A stretch of 64,000 nt of DNA from an uncultured Bacteroidia bacterium (lineage in GTDB: Bacteria; Bacteroidota; Bacteroidia; Bacteroidales; ML635J-15), in the NCBI GenBank assembly GCA_902776565.1, contig CACYQN010000008.1, positions 89,526 through 153,525 of the forward strand, given 5' to 3'. Below the pieces are notes generated by a model. It did not search any database. It saw only the letters and a program-made list of their open reading frames with translations, and had not been told where the DNA came from. A program made the position numbers and the translations under genes. This document shows, piece by piece, positions 61,901 to 64,000 of the stretch. How positions within the stretch are numbered: the first letter of the stretch is position 1; the number at the start of each line of letters is the position of its first letter.

Positions 61901-64000
61901 CAGGAACTGATTGATTATTGCGACACTACTTGGACTATAATTAACGGAATAGTAGGATTGTTGTTTACAAGTGGAAACGGAAATAGCATTTTTATACCTA
62001 CCGAGTATGATGGATATACCTTGTATGCATACTATTGGACAAGTTCTCTAAACACAGATAATCCTACATCAGCAGTGTACATGAATCTTTATCCAGGAGA
62101 TTACGAATCTGATCCAGGATTAGGAATAGGAAATATTGATAGAAGTTACCCTGCTCGTGTGCGTCCGGTTTACAAGGTAGCGCCAACTGCTTTTGAATTA
62201 GGCGACGAACCATACAGCTGTGATTTCGAGAATGCCGACGAGAATGCCCAGTGGGTACTTGCCAACGGCAGACAGCCAAGCAAGTGGTATATTGGCACGG
62301 CTGCCAGCAACGGCGGAGCAAACGGACTGTACATTTCCGCAGACGATGGTGCGCACAATTCATACAACTTCGCCGAGCCATCATCCACATACGCCTATCG
62401 CCTAATAAACATAACCACCGCCGACCTATACCAATTCGATTTCGACTGGCGAGCAGCCGGAAACGAAGATTACGACTACCTTAGGGCATTCCTCATTCCT
62501 GCCTCTATCGACCCCGACCTTACCCTGGGTGCAGGCTACGATCCAGACTGGATAAATATATGCAGTACGGAAATAATGTCGGAACAACCGGAATGGCAGC
62601 ACAGCAGAACGGCTGTGAACATTGAGGAAACAGGCATGTACTACCTTGCTTTCTTCTGGGAAAATGATGATTACTATTATGGTAATAACCCGTCTGCCGC
62701 AATCGACAACATAAGTATATGCAAGGCAACCAACTTCTTCATTGACAATCGCGACGGCAACATATATTCGTTTGTAACCATCGGCGACCAGACTTGGCTG
62801 GCCGAAAACCTGCGCTACGCAGGCAACATACAGTTGGGAACGGAAATAAGCGAAACCGTGCCTTACCTCTACTATCCCGACGGAAACGAATATAATGTTT
62901 CGACTTACGGCTACCTCTACAACTGGCCTGCTGCAATGAACGGCGAAGAAAGCAGCTACGAAACCCCAAGCGGAGTACAGGGCATTTGTCCCGAAGGATG
63001 GCACTTGCCAAGCGAACAGGAGTGGGTGCAACTTGATGATTATCTGGGACGCAACAATACAGGCTCAATGCTTGCTGGATATGCCGACTCTTGGTTCTAC
63101 GGAAGTTTGAAACAATCGGAATATTTCGGGGCAACAGGCTTCAATGCATTGCCAGCAGGTGTTTACAGTGGCACAAGCATAGAATTTGGTCACATAACTC
63201 GTTTCTGGACAACAACTACAAGTGTGAACAATAGTGATTTAATATACCACAAAGATATTATAAGCACATATACCACACTTTATTCAGACCTTAATAGCAA
63301 GGACTTCGGCAACTCTGTGCGCTGTGTCCGCAACATAGGAAGCATCACAGCTACTCTGCCCTACGACTGCGACTTCGAAGATGACAACGAAAACGCCAAC
63401 TGGGTACTAGCAAACGGTGACGAGACAAACAAATGGTACATTGGTTCAGCAACAAACAACGGCGGGAACAATGGACTTTACATATCGAACGATGGCGGAA
63501 CAACCAACGCATACACAAGCACATCAGAATCAGTTGTGTACGCATATCGTTCCATAGACATTGACGAAAACGCCTTTTATGAAATAAGTTTTGACTGGCG
63601 GTCGTTTGGTGATGTCGATAATTTTGATGGTATTCTTGGTGTATTCATGGCTCCAGTATCGTCTGATTTCGATTTGTCGGGTGGAAACAATCTGACTGTT
63701 TTGCCCGACGGCTGGATAGTTATAGCCGAAGAACCATTGGCAGGAGCACCTTTCTGGCTAAACTTCAGCAATACAATTTATATTGACGAAGGAAACTACA
63801 ATCTCATATTCTACTGGGCAAACGAAGATAATGGTGGCGACTTTAATCCACCTGCCGCAATCGACAATGTTAGCGTAACCAAAGTTGCTAATCCTATTGT
63901 TGCCACATCCTCTGTTTCTGACATAAGCACTACTTCGGCAACTTTGCACGGAAGCATATTAAGTCATGGTACTTCTGACATTACGGTGCGTGGATTCGAG
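58994..64000 (+). CDS. Second giant modular surface protein, paralog of 42221..58321 (5' 1669 codons; runs off the right edge)
   Basis: Hand-checked frame: the codons at 58994, 62210 and 63356 are all in the same phase, and the window ends on a complete codon ...VRGFE. N-terminus MNNSYMRFLNQNNNSMDNIQKHFSAAALCAAFLFFTAFASFGQ. It then alternates choice-of-anchor-J-like, Fn3-like, DUF1566-like and FISUMP modules. It is absent from the ORF track because it is open-ended. Confidence 0.85.
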   Translation, partial: MNNSYMRFLNQNNNSMDNIQKHFSAAALCAAFLFFTAFASFGQNVIYSCDFEDATENANWILANGDQTNQWYIGTAANNGGSNGLYISNDGGTSNAYDNTSTSYVYAYREINFTENAWYNFELDWRGYGQYYYDIMNMFLIPTSVNPDLSAGNANGMEYSPYSTPSEWIVILGAQSEYQEWQHAFIEQEIEAGTYYLVLFWKNNNSYGDNPPAAIDNISIAKNNCVSISNVWVEDVEAESATIVWEERGTATSWDIVISLDYLEDADLESADFITVTDMTYSLTGLEPLTYYYIYVRAACSNNEHSLWKSTSFETPRIPATLPYSFGFEDDTENANWELSDEADNLWAIGTAVSNGGEKGLYISENRGISNTYNNSKQSYAYAFRTINITEPDEYQFDFDWRANGGDSGYDLLRAFVIPTSLDPSISYGYHNDMYSNYNDAPSGWIDASADGLMSGQPRWQHSSKVLDLDAGTYYFVFFWKNSDGGDGNNPPAAIDNISIQRVINPAVATFSVTGLNSTSATLHGNILSQGTSYITARGFEYGTDSENLSENTQSTDDTDEFSSTITGLAPNTTYYYRAYATNSEGTGYGTIKSFTTNGSYSGFDFVDLGLPSKTYWATMNIGATSTEDMGDYFAWGETTPKDTYEWSTYQYCNGSDESMTKYCNNPDFGDNGFTDNLTTLEASDDAATANWGSGWRMPIADEAEELYTYCSHVWTTQNGVTGRLFTGPNGRSIFLPGIYNGMSNHYWTNSLYSSYPSEATTLLFGSGTRAELGDYYRYDGLPVRAVYRVAPYLATVSQSNVTLSSATLSGFFYDNGNSDVIERGFQYGTNPDNLTETIQSELGANEFTATLTGLAPNTTYYYRAYATNSDDTGYGEIKSFRTPSGQLGDHYYVNLGLPSGTMWATCNVGGTNFEDLGNEYAWGETTTKDEYTQNNYTYSDNPATLPADADAAAVNWNEDWVMPTQADMQELIDYCDTTWTIINGIVGLLFTSGNGNSIFIPTEYDGYTLYAYYWTSSLNTDNPTSAVYMNLYPGDYESDPGLGIGNIDRSYPARVRPVYKVAPTAFELGDEPYSCDFENADENAQWVLANGRQPSKWYIGTAASNGGANGLYISADDGAHNSYNFAEPSSTYAYRLINITTADLYQFDFDWRAAGNEDYDYLRAFLIPASIDPDLTLGAGYDPDWINICSTEIMSEQPEWQHSRTAVNIEETGMYYLAFFWENDDYYYGNNPSAAIDNISICKATNFFIDNRDGNIYSFVTIGDQTWLAENLRYAGNIQLGTEISETVPYLYYPDGNEYNVSTYGYLYNWPAAMNGEESSYETPSGVQGICPEGWHLPSEQEWVQLDDYLGRNNTGSMLAGYADSWFYGSLKQSEYFGATGFNALPAGVYSGTSIEFGHITRFWTTTTSVNNSDLIYHKDIISTYTTLYSDLNSKDFGNSVRCVRNIGSITATLPYDCDFEDDNENANWVLANGDETNKWYIGSATNNGGNNGLYISNDGGTTNAYTSTSESVVYAYRSIDIDENAFYEISFDWRSFGDVDNFDGILGVFMAPVSSDFDLSGGNNLTVLPDGWIVIAEEPLAGAPFWLNFSNTIYIDEGNYNLIFYWANEDNGGDFNPPAAIDNVSVTKVANPIVATSSVSDISTTSATLHGSILSHGTSDITVRGFE

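Noticed and set aside
1-64000. Search for rRNA genes, CRISPR arrays, transposases, integrases and riboswitch-like leaders
   Set aside because: None was recognised by eye. Long intergenic regions are explained by the promoters, terminators and small repeat families listed above.

Overview
This window looks like a chromosomal segment of a Bacteroidota genome. Support comes from TAnnTTTG -7 promoter boxes close to many start codons, many signal-peptide and lipobox proteins, T9SS type-A and type-B C-terminal sorting domains, and phylum-typical gene strings. Those strings are ftsK-lolA-folP, bamD-rpoZ-coaBC-DUF4835-recN, pepE, ruvC, tRNA-Gln, pnp and rpsO. Five accessory regions sit between these housekeeping blocks. 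(1) A 1420-aa T9SS type-B cargo protein lies at about 1-5 kb. (2) A visibly AT-richer minus-strand island at about 10.5-15.3 kb lies between folP and a LysE exporter. It carries a tight cassette of a FISUMP lectin-like lipoprotein, a 75-aa internally duplicated zinc-ribbon protein, a 453-aa 2-TM coiled-coil protein and a 207-aa protein with uracil-DNA-glycosylase-like motif order. An HTH gene and a zeta-toxin-like TA pair follow. This cassette is my best candidate for an undescribed, possibly defence-type, module. (3) Two tandem signal-peptide-bearing TPR+CHAT (caspase-like) proteins of 1028 and about 1783 aa lie at 16.1-24.8 kb. Their 3' ends are near-identical, and one copy is frameshifted by a 38-nt deletion. 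(4) A TlpA-like / beta-barrel / Omp28-like envelope trio follows. (5) A locus of two paralogous giant modular T9SS surface proteins begins at 42.2 kb. One is 5366 aa; the other is more than 1669 aa and runs off the window. They share promoter architecture and an operator-like direct-repeat motif, and the first contains a recent 675-nt intragenic tandem duplication. Several small intergenic repeat families are also present: a nested inverted-repeat element, quasi-palindromic terminator-like elements, helically phased GTTT decamers, REP-like palindromes and a duplicated promoter cassette. No rRNA, CRISPR array, transposase or integrase was seen. All family assignments come from reading motifs by eye and need HMM or structure confirmation.
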